Shown: positions 1 through 10,430 of the stretch, one piece after another
How the letters are laid out: every line of letters begins with the position of its first letter
Numbering within the stretch: the first letter of the stretch is position 1
Source: a virus
IMG/VR virus record: IMGVR_UViG_3300011261_000048
Location: 1 to 64,000 of that record
Strand: one strand, 5' to 3'
DNA length: 64,000 nucleotides
Position numbers and translations under genes: made by a program
The notes under the pieces: generated by a model
The model's input: the letters and a program-made list of their open reading frames with translations, nothing else
The model's database searches: none
What the model was told of the DNA's origin: nothing

Positions 1-3000
1 AATTTACCATTAGCATCAGTTAAGCCTAGCTGTTCTAGTTTATTTTGAGTCATTTCTACACCATCTACCTCTACTGTTTCAGTAGTATGTAGTGTAGGGA
101 ATAAGAAAGACTTGAAAGCATTACCTTCAATTCTATCCATATTTTCTCCAAAAGTACCTTTTCCTGGAGCTACTTGATAGTAGTGGTAATATAGAATTTG
201 CTTATCATCTGCTAATGGAGGAATAGCCTCTGAAGTCTCTGTAGCCTCTTGACCATAGATAGTTTTTCTAGCTACTTCCATTCTATGTAACTCATCAGCT
301 AAGTATCCTGTAAGGATAGATAATGTTTCTGGAGATGAGTTAGTAAATTCTACTTTATTAGTAAGTGGGTTAAGTGATATACCAGATCTTCTTAATGCTG
401 GGCCATAGAAATAAGACTGTTGTCCTTTATCTGCCTCAGCAAGTCCAATATATCTACCACTTAGTTGTTTATTAACTTGGTCAATATAAGTATCAGAGAA
501 TTTTAAGTTAGATGCTTTATCTCCTTTATCTCCTTTATCTTCTTGTTTATAGTTACCATATAAATCTAGTGTAAAAGCATCTCTGTTTTTAGCACCTTGT
601 TCTGCATGAAGTAGTTCAGCTAACCATAGTGAATTTCTCCCCCATAAAGAAGACTGTAAATCTTGTAAGTGAGTAAGTTCACCTGCTTTAAATTCATTTA
701 CAGTTTTAGAGAAACTGTTATTATCTTGATAAGCCCAAATTTGATTACCATCAGGCCCTAAGAAAGAACTTTCTCCTCCTAGTTTTCTGAAGTCACCTTC
801 TACTCTAGCTAGCTCATTTTTAAAGAAAGTATCCTCATCTAATAACATATTAGTATCATTAGTTAAAGGAGTACCCACTTTTTTTACTATACCTCTAGTA
901 GCTTTATCTAACTTATTAGTAATAAGTTTGATAGCTTTGGCCTGGTGGAAAGTAGGGAATCTAGGATCAACAGGTAAACCTTGATTGTACATTAGCTTTG
1001 TAATAGCTTTATCTGCCATAGTTACTCCTAATTGAGTAAGCACATTACCAAAAGCAGTAGCTAACTCAGGAGTCATTGCTTTTTTACCCATTGCAGTAAT
1101 TAACTCTGCATTAAGTTTAGTTTTAACTGCTATTAATTTATCTATTTCTTCAGCACTGTAAACTGGTGCACCATCAACAAGAGTAGTATACTTGTTACTA
1201 AACTCTGCAGCCCATGACCCTCTAATAGTATATTCTTTAGAATTAATATCTGATGTACCTATCTTAGATATAGTAGCTTTAGGTTCTCCTGCAATAATAT
1301 GGTTAATGTAGTTACCTTTAGTTCTAGAAAAAGAGAAATGAAACTGAGTCTTAATTTGGTCAGGCATAGCTTCTAGCTTATTCAATAAGAAAGTAAATTC
1401 AGGTTTGTAACCTGATTCAGCTTTCAATGCATCTACCATTACTTGATAACCATCTTGAACTTGACCTTCTTTCATAGTAGCAGTTTTACCTGCAAGTAAG
1501 TTTTCCAAAGCATTATATGTAACACTAAAGTCATTAAACTTAGGTAAACCTAATAATGTATCAGTATTATATATAGCTTCTCCATCTTTATACCCTTTAA
1601 TATCAGGAGTCATAGAGATTAGGAACTTAATAGTTTCTGTAGCAGATTCTTTTCCTGATACTTCATAAGAAGACTGTAAGAAACTAAGCATACCTTCATC
1701 AGTTTCATCATAGTCCTCTTTATTATCTATCTTGGTTACTTCTTTAAGGCCAAATTGGTCTTTAATGTAATCTTTAACATTTTTAATCCAGAAAGGTTGT
1801 ATTTGTAAGTCATCAGTAAATACTCCTTCTAATCTACTCATCTGCTCTGCAGCAGCAGTATCGTCAGGGTTCTCTTCTAATAACGCTTCTGCTTTATTAT
1901 ATTGGTTTGATAAACCTTCTACAATGTTATTAGCATTAAATTTATCAAGAGTATCTAAAGAAGTCACATCTTTAAATGCTAAGTAAGCCATCTGCTTAGT
2001 AGTTTCTCTTACTTCTTGAGCTGTATATAACTTATGTCTAGCAGAAAATGCTGTACTTCTAGTAATGTTAGGTTTCTTAGAAGCATATTTACCTCTACTA
2101 ATATCAAAGAATAACTTTCTAGCTTTTACTTTATCAGAAAATACACCAGAAATCCAATCCATTAGTTTTTGGAATAGTCCTTTAATACCTGTAGAATACT
2201 TATAATGTTTATTAGCATACTTAGGATTAGCCATATATGACATAAAATCATCAGCTATTTGCTCTTCAAAATAAATCTTAATAGCTTCTACTCTACCCAC
2301 ACCAACATCTTCCATAGTAGATGTGATATCTCTTTCTGTAGGATAAGCATACTCATTCTCTGCTTCAGTAATAAGTCTATCTCTTTGCTCCTCATTAAGT
2401 AGAGTTCTAAATACCGCATGGAAAGCTTCATGGTAAGCAGTACCTGCTTCTGCCATTTCACTAACTGTAATCATACCATCTTGAAATAAACCAGCTATAA
2501 CTTTACCTTGAGAAAGTAAACCAATGTAATCAGGAGTTAACTTAGTAGCTATCTCTTTAGGAAGTATACTATTAATATGAGCTATCTCTGCTTCATGCCC
2601 TTTCTTATTAGGGGTATGTGATACAGAAGCACCTGGAGTATAAGTTTTAAATGCACTTTTACCTGAATTCTTTTTACCTAAAGCACTTAATCCTGCCTTC
2701 TTTTTAGTAGAAGTAGTAGTTTCAGTTCCTGGTAAATTCTCTACTTGACTAAATAAATCTTGTTGAGCATTATCTTTTTGTGTAGTTACATTGTCTGTTA
2801 CTTCTAATAGTTGATTATCAAAGTGTTCATTAATTTCTTGTATAGTAGGTACATTACCTTCTAATAAATCTATAAATTGACTAAAGTTAAAAGAAGTTTT
2901 ACTGTCATTGACATTTATAACTTGTCCTCTGCCTATTAGACCTACTACAACGCCTGGAGCAATAACTTTAAAGTATAACGTACTTGTAGCAAAATAATCA

Positions 3001-6000
3001 TTGTCTGCAGTTCTTAAATCTTTTTCTGTTTTTCTAAACACCTGTCCTACAGGTAAATCAAGTATAACTTTACGTACAGACTGTTTCCCTAAACTTTTAC
3101 TTATTGGTAACTCTGCTAAATCCTGCCTACGTTCCCTATTATTAAGTGCTTCCTTTCTAGCTATTTCTATACTTTCTTTATTTACTAGATTAGGCTTTTC
3201 TATTTTAGATAACGGTGTAGACGGCTTACTTAGTGCTTCCTTATTAGCTTGTCTTTTAGCTTTCTCTGGGTTAATTACCCCTTTTTCTAAAATATCTAAA
3301 GCCTCTTCAGGTTTAAGTTTACTAATGTCTTGTTTAGTATAACCTAAATCAGCCAACCCTTGCTTAGTAGCAGTAGTAATAAAGAAAGGTACTCCTTTAT
3401 TCTCAGTGTTTTTAACACTAGTATCTAAATCACTTTTAGCTTTAGTAGTTGCTTCTTCTGTAACTTCTTCTGCTGAAGAAGTAGTTTCACCTAAAGCAGC
3501 TATCTCAGCATCGTATTTAGCGTTGATTTCCTCTACAATAGCAGATCTAGCCTCTTCTTCACTATTGTATTTTTTTATCTTAGTTGAAAAATGATACCCT
3601 TTTTTCGTTTTACCTTCTGCAGTGTATTCCTGACTATAAAAACTGAATCCTGGGGAAAGTTGTGTACCTTTTATTTTTGTAATTCTATCTAGTACAGTTC
3701 TTTTCCTTTCTTCAATACTTTCTACAGTATTAGTTTCTGTAGTATCAACAGCAGCTGTTTCAGAAGTAGTAGTATTTGCACTATAAACAGGAACAGGTTG
3801 AATAAATAAGTTACCCTCTGGAGTAGCCTTAGCATTAGTATATAAAACACCATTGTTATCTAAGTACTCTTTATACTTTTTATCTCCTAGTTTTTTAACG
3901 TCTACTTGTCTTCTTCTATTTTTAGCTAAGTGGTTAATAAATAAGTCTTTACCTTGAGCTGACTTTAAACCATCTATATCTACCTTTTTTGCACCAGTAC
4001 CATATACTAAAGTAGCAGGTCTTTTTTGTCCTTTTAAATTTTGAGCAGGAGTAATGAATAACCTAGATTCTCCTTTAGACTCTGTAACAGCTTCACCATT
4101 AAATACTAAATGGTTTAATAACTCAGAATGAGTCATAGTGTTAAGAGGAAGATATTCAGCTAACCCATTAACAACAGCATCAGGATGATTCTTTATTTTA
4201 TTAATAAGTTCATCTGATAATCCTTTCTTATAGTTACCTGGATCTCCTAGTACTTGTACATATATATCATATATAATGCTAGCTTCTGACATACTAAGGT
4301 TATTAACATGTGCCCTTAAAGGAAATGATTCTCCATTAGCCTTTTTAACTACTGTATAAACAGCTCCTGGAGTAGCAGAAGCTAAGTGCAATAAATCAGA
4401 GTTCTGTGTACCATCTACATTAAAGTAGCCATCTGTAGAATCACCATATAGATAAGTAATGTCTTCTGCAGTTTTACCTAATTCCTTGGATATAGAATTC
4501 TTTACAAATTTACCATTACTGTCTTTAGCAGTGTTTAGTGAACCACCAGTTTTATACTCTAATTTTGTAGAAACTTTTTCCCCTTTGAAATGTGCTTCTA
4601 TTACTTCTCTTTTAGTTCTTTCTACTTCTTTTACTTGAGCTTCAGCAACTTTAGGGTCTTTAGTAGAATCAAAGAAAGTAGTATCATGTAAACTTACACT
4701 TAAGGCTATACCATTATGTACTAGATTACCACCATTCCTTTTTAATGAACCTTTAACAGGAAGTCTACCTACTAATTCTTCTGGGATAGTACCACTTTCA
4801 ACAGCAGTTTTCATTGCTACATATTCTTCTAATCCTGCAGCAGCTTGAGCATCTATAAGCTCTGTGTTAATACTGAACTCAATACTTACACCTTCTATAC
4901 TATTATCTCTTTCTAGGAAACTAGTTAATGCTTTATTTTCTGGAGTATTAAACTCCTCAGCCATATGTCTAGCATTATTTACAGATAACCATGCAAGAGG
5001 AGTAGTTTGATTAGTAGTGTTTAAAGTCTCAGTTTCATCTTCTGATACTATAGTTCCTGTTTCATTACTAGGAGTTTCCACTGTAACATGTGACACAGCA
5101 GCGTTATTAGCAGCTTGGTGGTCAGTATTAGCATCTCTACCTAAATCTACTTTACCTTCAGATTTTCTTTTCTTAAAGTCAGCTAATGCATCTTGTACTT
5201 CTTTAGGGAACTTGTTTATAGATGTTTCCTTTCTAGATATAGCTCCTTGTAGTTGATTTAACTGTTCATCAGTCATCTTATTTTTAGTAGCTCCTTGAAG
5301 CACTTGTTCTTCTTCTACTTTACTTGCACCATCATTTAACTCTTCTTTTTTAAGAGCATGCTTTTCTTCAGTATCTTTAGCCTTTTCTGTTTTTTGAGAT
5401 GCTTTAATGGAAGCTAGTCTCTTCTCCTCCATTTCTTTTTGCCCTTTTGCAGAAGTCATATAGTTTATATCATTGATATAAGCATCTTGATAGTGCTGAG
5501 TCCATTGTAATTCAGAAATAGCTTTAGATAACTCTTCAGCATATGCGCCTTTAACAGAGTTAGTTGCAATTTTATCAGGGCTAGTTAAAAACTTCTCTGA
5601 TACTTCTTTAATTTTAGCTTTACTATTATCTACTATTTGTTGATGTACAGCTATAGATGTTTCCAATGCTGCTTTGTCTTCTGTAGGCATCGTAACATTA
5701 GCTATTTTCCACTTAGCTGATCTAATAAACCTTTCTCTAGATAGTACTTTTAAATTCTCTTCAAAAGATATTTTACCATTATCAGATAAATTATTAATAC
5801 TAGGGATTTTATCAGTTAACTCTTGTATAGTATTACCTAACTCTATTGCTTTAGTTGACATTTCATCAACCATATATTGACTATAAGTAATAACTGGTAC
5901 AGAGGCACTATTATATTTAGCACTATTCTTTTGATACAGTGCACCTACTTTCTTAGCAGCCGCTATATATGTATCTAAATCTTTCTGAAAACCTTCTTCA

Positions 6001-7616
6001 AAACCATGTTTCTCCATTTCCTCTGGAGTAGCATTTTTTAATTCTTCTAAATTCTCAATAGCTAAGTCTAAGTTACCTACTTGAGAAGCATTCATACCAA
6101 TATCAAAAGCAATTCTAGCCTTAGCTGTATGTACTGCTTTATCATCTTCAGCTTGTACTGCCTGATTTAAAGCTTGTAAGTTAGCTGATATGTTTTTATT
6201 TCTATTTAGATGCTCTTCTATTCTAGAAGTTACTTCACTCTTATATTTAGTTACTCCAGTTTTATTACTTATTGTGGAGTTTACTTTATTTTTAATTGCT
6301 TGTGCTTTTTCTGTTTTATTTAAATCACCAGCAAACTGCATAGCCATACCACCAAACCCTCCAAAGAAAGCTGATGTCCATAACTCAGAATCCTTAGAGT
6401 ATGATTCCATTCTATCTGCAAGTGATGTCTCATTAGGGTCAATTATACCTGCAGTAACTCCTGCTAAATGTTTACCTTCCTCACCTATAACAAATTGGTA
6501 AGCTTCTTCAAAACCTTCTGATGCAAATTGCTTAGCATAATCTTTCCCTGCTACTGCTAATGCTTTATATGGGGATTTCCCTACAGCTCTAGCATGTCTC
6601 ATAGAACTAATAGCCTTAGATGGAGCCATACCCCTACCCAGCATAATGTATTGACCTATATCTTGTACTGCCATAGCCCAGTTCATTCTATATGAAAAAG
6701 ACGCACCTGCAGCTGCAGCATTTTTTGCATCTTTATCTGATAGACCTTGGTCTAAAGCATTTTGATATGCCTCCTTATAAACTCCACTAGCCTCCATAGA
6801 AGATTCTATGTGCCTAGAGATAACCCCTTTATGTACAGCATCAGCTACTTTTTTACCTGAATTAGCTAATCTAGGAGATTTATTAGCAATTTTACTTGCC
6901 ATCTTTGCTATATCTTTAGCTTTAGCCCCATACTTACCTACTTTAGCTCCCGTAGCTAATAGTTTACCGCCTTTACCAACCATACTAACCCCTTTAGCCC
7001 AACCAGCTACAGGAATCATAATACTAAGTGCAGAAGCAATAGATACACCATTAGAAAACCACCATGCACTACTGTCCATAGCAAATCTACCTTTATCATC
7101 TGGATGTAAGTGTATAGGTGCAGCAGCATTGATATCTTCTTTCATACCTGCAGCCCAGTCAGAAACTGCGTTACTCCAGTCATCTTCTGCTCCTTTAGTA
7201 ATAAAAGATTCCCAATCCATTAGATACCCAGCACCTTCTATAGCACCAAAAACTATTTCAGAACTTACTTGAGCTCCAAATGCTAAAGCCTCACCAAAGA
7301 AACCTTGTTCCTCAGATTTTTGAACAGCTTCTGCTCTCATCTCTGCTTGAACAATATCATTGTATTTACCTACAAGATATTTCTCTCCTTTACTTAATTG
7401 AAAATCATCTCCTAATTTATTTCTAAATTTACCATAATCTAAATTACTACCTATACCAGTAGCTACTGTAGGCTTAATTTTAGGTTGCTCTGCAACTATA
7501 TCAAAGGCTTTATCTCTACCTCTAGTATTCTCACTGGCTGGTTTAGTTCCTTCATAACTAGGTGTAGGTGTAGTGTTAGATGGTAAACCATCTTTATCTA
7601 TTGTGTTATCTTCCAT
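1..7616 (-). CDS. Giant virion (ejected cargo) protein with zincin-like metallopeptidase motif, probably the crAss-like virion RNA polymerase-associated polyprotein; runs off the window at the 3' end (>2,538 aa)
   Basis: ATG at 7616 (MEDNTIDKDGLPSN...). The same frame reads open wherever I checked, including the window start (...QLGLTDANGK). HEAFH at 2432-2418 is followed by YFEEQIADDF. TATATTTG promoter at 7642-7635. Position follows the muzzle and cargo genes as in crAss-like phages. Missing from the ORF track because no stop lies in the window. Confidence 0.85.
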   Translation of the reverse strand, partial: MEDNTIDKDGLPSNTTPTPSYEGTKPASENTRGRDKAFDIVAEQPKIKPTVATGIGSNLDYGKFRNKLGDDFQLSKGEKYLVGKYNDIVQAEMRAEAVQKSEEQGFFGEALAFGAQVSSEIVFGAIEGAGYLMDWESFITKGAEDDWSNAVSDWAAGMKEDINAAAPIHLHPDDKGRFAMDSSAWWFSNGVSIASALSIMIPVAGWAKGVSMVGKGGKLLATGAKVGKYGAKAKDIAKMASKIANKSPRLANSGKKVADAVHKGVISRHIESSMEASGVYKEAYQNALDQGLSDKDAKNAAAAGASFSYRMNWAMAVQDIGQYIMLGRGMAPSKAISSMRHARAVGKSPYKALAVAGKDYAKQFASEGFEEAYQFVIGEEGKHLAGVTAGIIDPNETSLADRMESYSKDSELWTSAFFGGFGGMAMQFAGDLNKTEKAQAIKNKVNSTISNKTGVTKYKSEVTSRIEEHLNRNKNISANLQALNQAVQAEDDKAVHTAKARIAFDIGMNASQVGNLDLAIENLEELKNATPEEMEKHGFEEGFQKDLDTYIAAAKKVGALYQKNSAKYNSASVPVITYSQYMVDEMSTKAIELGNTIQELTDKIPSINNLSDNGKISFEENLKVLSRERFIRSAKWKIANVTMPTEDKAALETSIAVHQQIVDNSKAKIKEVSEKFLTSPDKIATNSVKGAYAEELSKAISELQWTQHYQDAYINDINYMTSAKGQKEMEEKRLASIKASQKTEKAKDTEEKHALKKEELNDGASKVEEEQVLQGATKNKMTDEQLNQLQGAISRKETSINKFPKEVQDALADFKKRKSEGKVDLGRDANTDHQAANNAAVSHVTVETPSNETGTIVSEDETETLNTTNQTTPLAWLSVNNARHMAEEFNTPENKALTSFLERDNSIEGVSIEFSINTELIDAQAAAGLEEYVAMKTAVESGTIPEELVGRLPVKGSLKRNGGNLVHNGIALSVSLHDTTFFDSTKDPKVAEAQVKEVERTKREVIEAHFKGEKVSTKLEYKTGGSLNTAKDSNGKFVKNSISKELGKTAEDITYLYGDSTDGYFNVDGTQNSDLLHLASATPGAVYTVVKKANGESFPLRAHVNNLSMSEASIIYDIYVQVLGDPGNYKKGLSDELINKIKNHPDAVVNGLAEYLPLNTMTHSELLNHLVFNGEAVTESKGESRLFITPAQNLKGQKRPATLVYGTGAKKVDIDGLKSAQGKDLFINHLAKNRRRQVDVKKLGDKKYKEYLDNNGVLYTNAKATPEGNLFIQPVPVYSANTTTSETAAVDTTETNTVESIEERKRTVLDRITKIKGTQLSPGFSFYSQEYTAEGKTKKGYHFSTKIKKYNSEEEARSAIVEEINAKYDAEIAALGETTSSAEEVTEEATTKAKSDLDTSVKNTENKGVPFFITTATKQGLADLGYTKQDISKLKPEEALDILEKGVINPEKAKRQANKEALSKPSTPLSKIEKPNLVNKESIEIARKEALNNRERRQDLAELPISKSLGKQSVRKVILDLPVGQVFRKTEKDLRTADNDYFATSTLYFKVIAPGVVVGLIGRGQVINVNDSKTSFNFSQFIDLLEGNVPTIQEINEHFDNQLLEVTDNVTTQKDNAQQDLFSQVENLPGTETTTSTKKKAGLSALGKKNSGKSAFKTYTPGASVSHTPNKKGHEAEIAHINSILPKEIATKLTPDYIGLLSQGKVIAGLFQDGMITVSEMAEAGTAYHEAFHAVFRTLLNEEQRDRLITEAENEYAYPTERDITSTMEDVGVGRVEAIKIYFEEQIADDFMSYMANPKYANKHYKYSTGIKGLFQKLMDWISGVFSDKVKARKLFFDISRGKYASKKPNITRSTAFSARHKLYTAQEVRETTKQMAYLAFKDVTSLDTLDKFNANNIVEGLSNQYNKAEALLEENPDDTAAAEQMSRLEGVFTDDLQIQPFWIKNVKDYIKDQFGLKEVTKIDNKEDYDETDEGMLSFLQSSYEVSGKESATETIKFLISMTPDIKGYKDGEAIYNTDTLLGLPKFNDFSVTYNALENLLAGKTATMKEGQVQDGYQVMVDALKAESGYKPEFTFLLNKLEAMPDQIKTQFHFSFSRTKGNYINHIIAGEPKATISKIGTSDINSKEYTIRGSWAAEFSNKYTTLVDGAPVYSAEEIDKLIAVKTKLNAELITAMGKKAMTPELATAFGNVLTQLGVTMADKAITKLMYNQGLPVDPRFPTFHQAKAIKLITNKLDKATRGIVKKVGTPLTNDTNMLLDEDTFFKNELARVEGDFRKLGGESSFLGPDGNQIWAYQDNNSFSKTVNEFKAGELTHLQDLQSSLWGRNSLWLAELLHAEQGAKNRDAFTLDLYGNYKQEDKGDKGDKASNLKFSDTYIDQVNKQLSGRYIGLAEADKGQQSYFYGPALRRSGISLNPLTNKVEFTNSSPETLSILTGYLADELHRMEVARKTIYGQEATETSEAIPPLADDKQILYYHYYQVAPGKGTFGENMDRIEGNAFKSFLFPTLHTTETVEVDGVEMTQNKLEQLGLTDANGK

Positions 7617-7634
7617 TAAGTAATGTTATTTATA

Positions 7635-7642
7635 CAAATATA
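7635..7642 (-). promoter_or_regulatory. Bacteroidota sigma-A -7 element TATATTTG
   Basis: Matches TAnnTTTG, about 20 nt upstream of the giant ORF ATG. Confidence 0.7.
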
Positions 7643-7649
7643 GTTAAAT

Positions 7650-10427
7650 TTAGTTTCCTGAACTAAACATAAAAGATTTTTTAAGAGTATTTAGGTAGGG
7701 AGCAGTATAATCAGGTTTAGTAGATGAACTCTCTTGATTTTGTCCAGTTAACTCTGTAGTACCTTTATACACCCCTTCATCAGTAAAGCCTGCTTGTTTA
7801 TCAGTAGGAGGTCTTAATCCTAATGCTCCACTTTTAATATCCTCGCCTTCTTGGGCCCACTCTGCTTCATACCTAGCAATAGTACCTGATAATTGGGCAG
7901 AGTTAGCTACTACTATAGAAGGTACATTTGTCAAGTAGTTTCCTGCTTTATCAGTAATTTCTACTATAAGCCCACCATCAGTACTACCTGATTTCTTAAC
8001 TTGATAGTTAATTTGCTCATTTTTGCCTGAGTAAGGATTAACATTGTACCTACTAAAGAATACTTTTTCCCCAGGGGATTTTAATCCTGAAGTTTTACTT
8101 ATTTGTTCTGCTAGTTGAGGATCTCCGTAAGTAGTATAATCAATAAGTGACTGATTACCATTAACACTAAGATTCTGCTGTTCCGACATAGGTAAATTAG
8201 GGTCATAATTAGGGTCTGCTAGTACATTAGATTTAGCCTCTAAAGATTTAGCAGAAAAATAGTTATCTGCATTTGTCATGTTGGTAGCCTCTATAGTATA
8301 GTTATATGTAACTTTTTTCTTAGGAGCTATTCCCCAAGCATCTTCTACAGTCACTTCTTTAGATGCATTAAAGGTAGGTTTACCGTTATAAGTCTCCTTG
8401 TTTGCAGAAGCAAATGTTATATCAGTAGGGTATCTAGGGTCATCAGGGTAAATTCTCTCACTACCAATACGTACTGTAAATGCATCTGAATTAGCATTGA
8501 ATAAATTCTCCATTTGCTTATCAGCAGTATATGCATTCCCTGTAACAACTACTTGCCCATATTCATCTACTTGGCGTTGTGCGTATTTATCTGTTTCTTG
8601 ATTAATAACTTGGGCTACAGGTTGGTAAGCCTTTTGTGAGTTATATACTTGCTCATAATCATATGTAGTGAAAGGATTGTAGCTAATTTGGTCCATAGTA
8701 TTCTCATATACTTTAGTAGCAGTAGCCCAAGTTTTTATATCATCGAAACTTTGTAGGGCTGTATTATGGTCTTGTTTTATCTTATCTTTCTCTACTTGAG
8801 ACAAATCTGAATCATCTATAGTCATTGTAAAGTCTTCAGCATTAATCCCTTTTATACCTCTATAAGGAGAGATTAGCTCTGCTTCATATTCCTTTTTAAT
8901 GTTATTAAGCGCAGTCTTCCAATCTCCACCATTATCTATTATGGATTGTAATTCCTCTTTAATATCTTTAAATGCTGGGTCTTGGTCAAAGCTATTACCT
9001 AAGTCCAATGCCTCAACTAATGTCAAGTCTTTTTCCCCAAATCTTACGTCTTTACCTTCCTTAATGCTGATAAACTCCGAAGCAGCTTCTATGTTCTTTT
9101 GTTGTATAGTAGTCTGCTCACTTCTAATACCATTAATTTGGTAATCATGATCCTCTATCTTATTATCTAACATAGTAGTGAATTTCGTCATTTCAGGCTC
9201 AGATAACCTGACACCATTTATAAAATCTTTAGCTCCAGGTAAACCTTCTAATAACTTCATATCTGCAGGAGGCAAACGTAATACACCATCTTTATCTCTG
9301 AATTGCTCTAAGGAACCTTCATTTAATCCTCTTTTAATCTTAGCAAACGTGTCTCTAACATTAGTATGCTGCACTAGAGCTTCTTTATTAGCTTCAAATG
9401 CTGCTGTACTTTCTTTAAATGTAGGGGTTTTAATTTCTAAAGTGTTACCATTAACTTGGAAGTTAGCTTCTTGGGCATATAGTTCTTTATCTTTCTTATC
9501 CCAACCTGCTTTTATATTTAAAGCTACATCTTGGTTAGTAGTAGTTTTACTATGTATGAATCCTTGTCCTACATTAATAAGATGATTAGCTACACTTTGT
9601 TTTTTAGCTGTTTCAAATGCTTCTAACTGTTCAGGAGTTCTAGAACTATAAAACTGGTCATAAGTCATTCCTAGAGGAATATTTTCCGCATTAAACTTAG
9701 CTTGAAGTTGTTGACCTGCTCTAGTTTCATAGTATTCATCTAGTACATTAGCTGCCTGTTGGTTTACTTTTTTACCACTGACTCCAACCCATCCATCCTT
9801 ATAAGATAGTCCTTGAGTTAAAGATTTAAGTGTTTCTCTACCATCTGCCTTAAGATGGTCAAAGTATTTTTCTGTTTCTGTATTAATATCTACTCCTTCA
9901 AGTATACTAGGATCTGCTAACTGTGTACTACCTTCAAAACCTAATCCTCCTGCAGCAGTGGACTTAGTGTATTCACTATAATTTCTATTATACTTATCTA
10001 CAAAGTTTTTATCATAATCTGTACCTTTCCCTTCTTTAAGCTTTTTAGTTCTTTCTAGAAATTCTTGGTGAGTAGCTAATGAAGATGCTACTGACTTAAG
10101 TCCTTTATCAGTACTAAACTTCTTTTTAAGTGATTGGAACTCCCTCATAAATTCTGGGGAAGCTAAATCCTTAGTCATAGACTCATCTATAAATTTAGCT
10201 ATTTTTCCTTCTTCTCCTACCCATTCTTGAGCATATTCAGTATCTCTACCTTTTAAAGCATCTATTTCTACCTCTCCAAACTTATTAAGTAAAGCAGCAT
10301 TAGTATCATATTTTTGTTGCTTTGCAGCTAACCCTTTAAGCATTAAATCTGCAGGTAACTGGTCAGGTACAAATTGAGATACGTATTTAGAACTTGATGG
10401 TTTATAAAATCTATTTATTCCAGCCAT
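7650..10427 (-). CDS. Virion cargo/ejection protein (925 aa)
   Basis: ORF track. N-terminal NRFYKP..YVSQFVP pattern and position between cargo protein 1 and the giant virion protein match crAss-like synteny. Confidence 0.65.
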   Translation of the reverse strand: MAGINRFYKPSSSKYVSQFVPDQLPADLMLKGLAAKQQKYDTNAALLNKFGEVEIDALKGRDTEYAQEWVGEEGKIAKFIDESMTKDLASPEFMREFQSLKKKFSTDKGLKSVASSLATHQEFLERTKKLKEGKGTDYDKNFVDKYNRNYSEYTKSTAAGGLGFEGSTQLADPSILEGVDINTETEKYFDHLKADGRETLKSLTQGLSYKDGWVGVSGKKVNQQAANVLDEYYETRAGQQLQAKFNAENIPLGMTYDQFYSSRTPEQLEAFETAKKQSVANHLINVGQGFIHSKTTTNQDVALNIKAGWDKKDKELYAQEANFQVNGNTLEIKTPTFKESTAAFEANKEALVQHTNVRDTFAKIKRGLNEGSLEQFRDKDGVLRLPPADMKLLEGLPGAKDFINGVRLSEPEMTKFTTMLDNKIEDHDYQINGIRSEQTTIQQKNIEAASEFISIKEGKDVRFGEKDLTLVEALDLGNSFDQDPAFKDIKEELQSIIDNGGDWKTALNNIKKEYEAELISPYRGIKGINAEDFTMTIDDSDLSQVEKDKIKQDHNTALQSFDDIKTWATATKVYENTMDQISYNPFTTYDYEQVYNSQKAYQPVAQVINQETDKYAQRQVDEYGQVVVTGNAYTADKQMENLFNANSDAFTVRIGSERIYPDDPRYPTDITFASANKETYNGKPTFNASKEVTVEDAWGIAPKKKVTYNYTIEATNMTNADNYFSAKSLEAKSNVLADPNYDPNLPMSEQQNLSVNGNQSLIDYTTYGDPQLAEQISKTSGLKSPGEKVFFSRYNVNPYSGKNEQINYQVKKSGSTDGGLIVEITDKAGNYLTNVPSIVVANSAQLSGTIARYEAEWAQEGEDIKSGALGLRPPTDKQAGFTDEGVYKGTTELTGQNQESSSTKPDYTAPYLNTLKKSFMFSSGN

Positions 10428-10430
10428 AAT

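Noticed and set aside
515-540. 9-nt tandem repeat (CTTTATCTC)
   Set aside because: In-frame DKG repeat within the giant ORF; ordinary low complexity.
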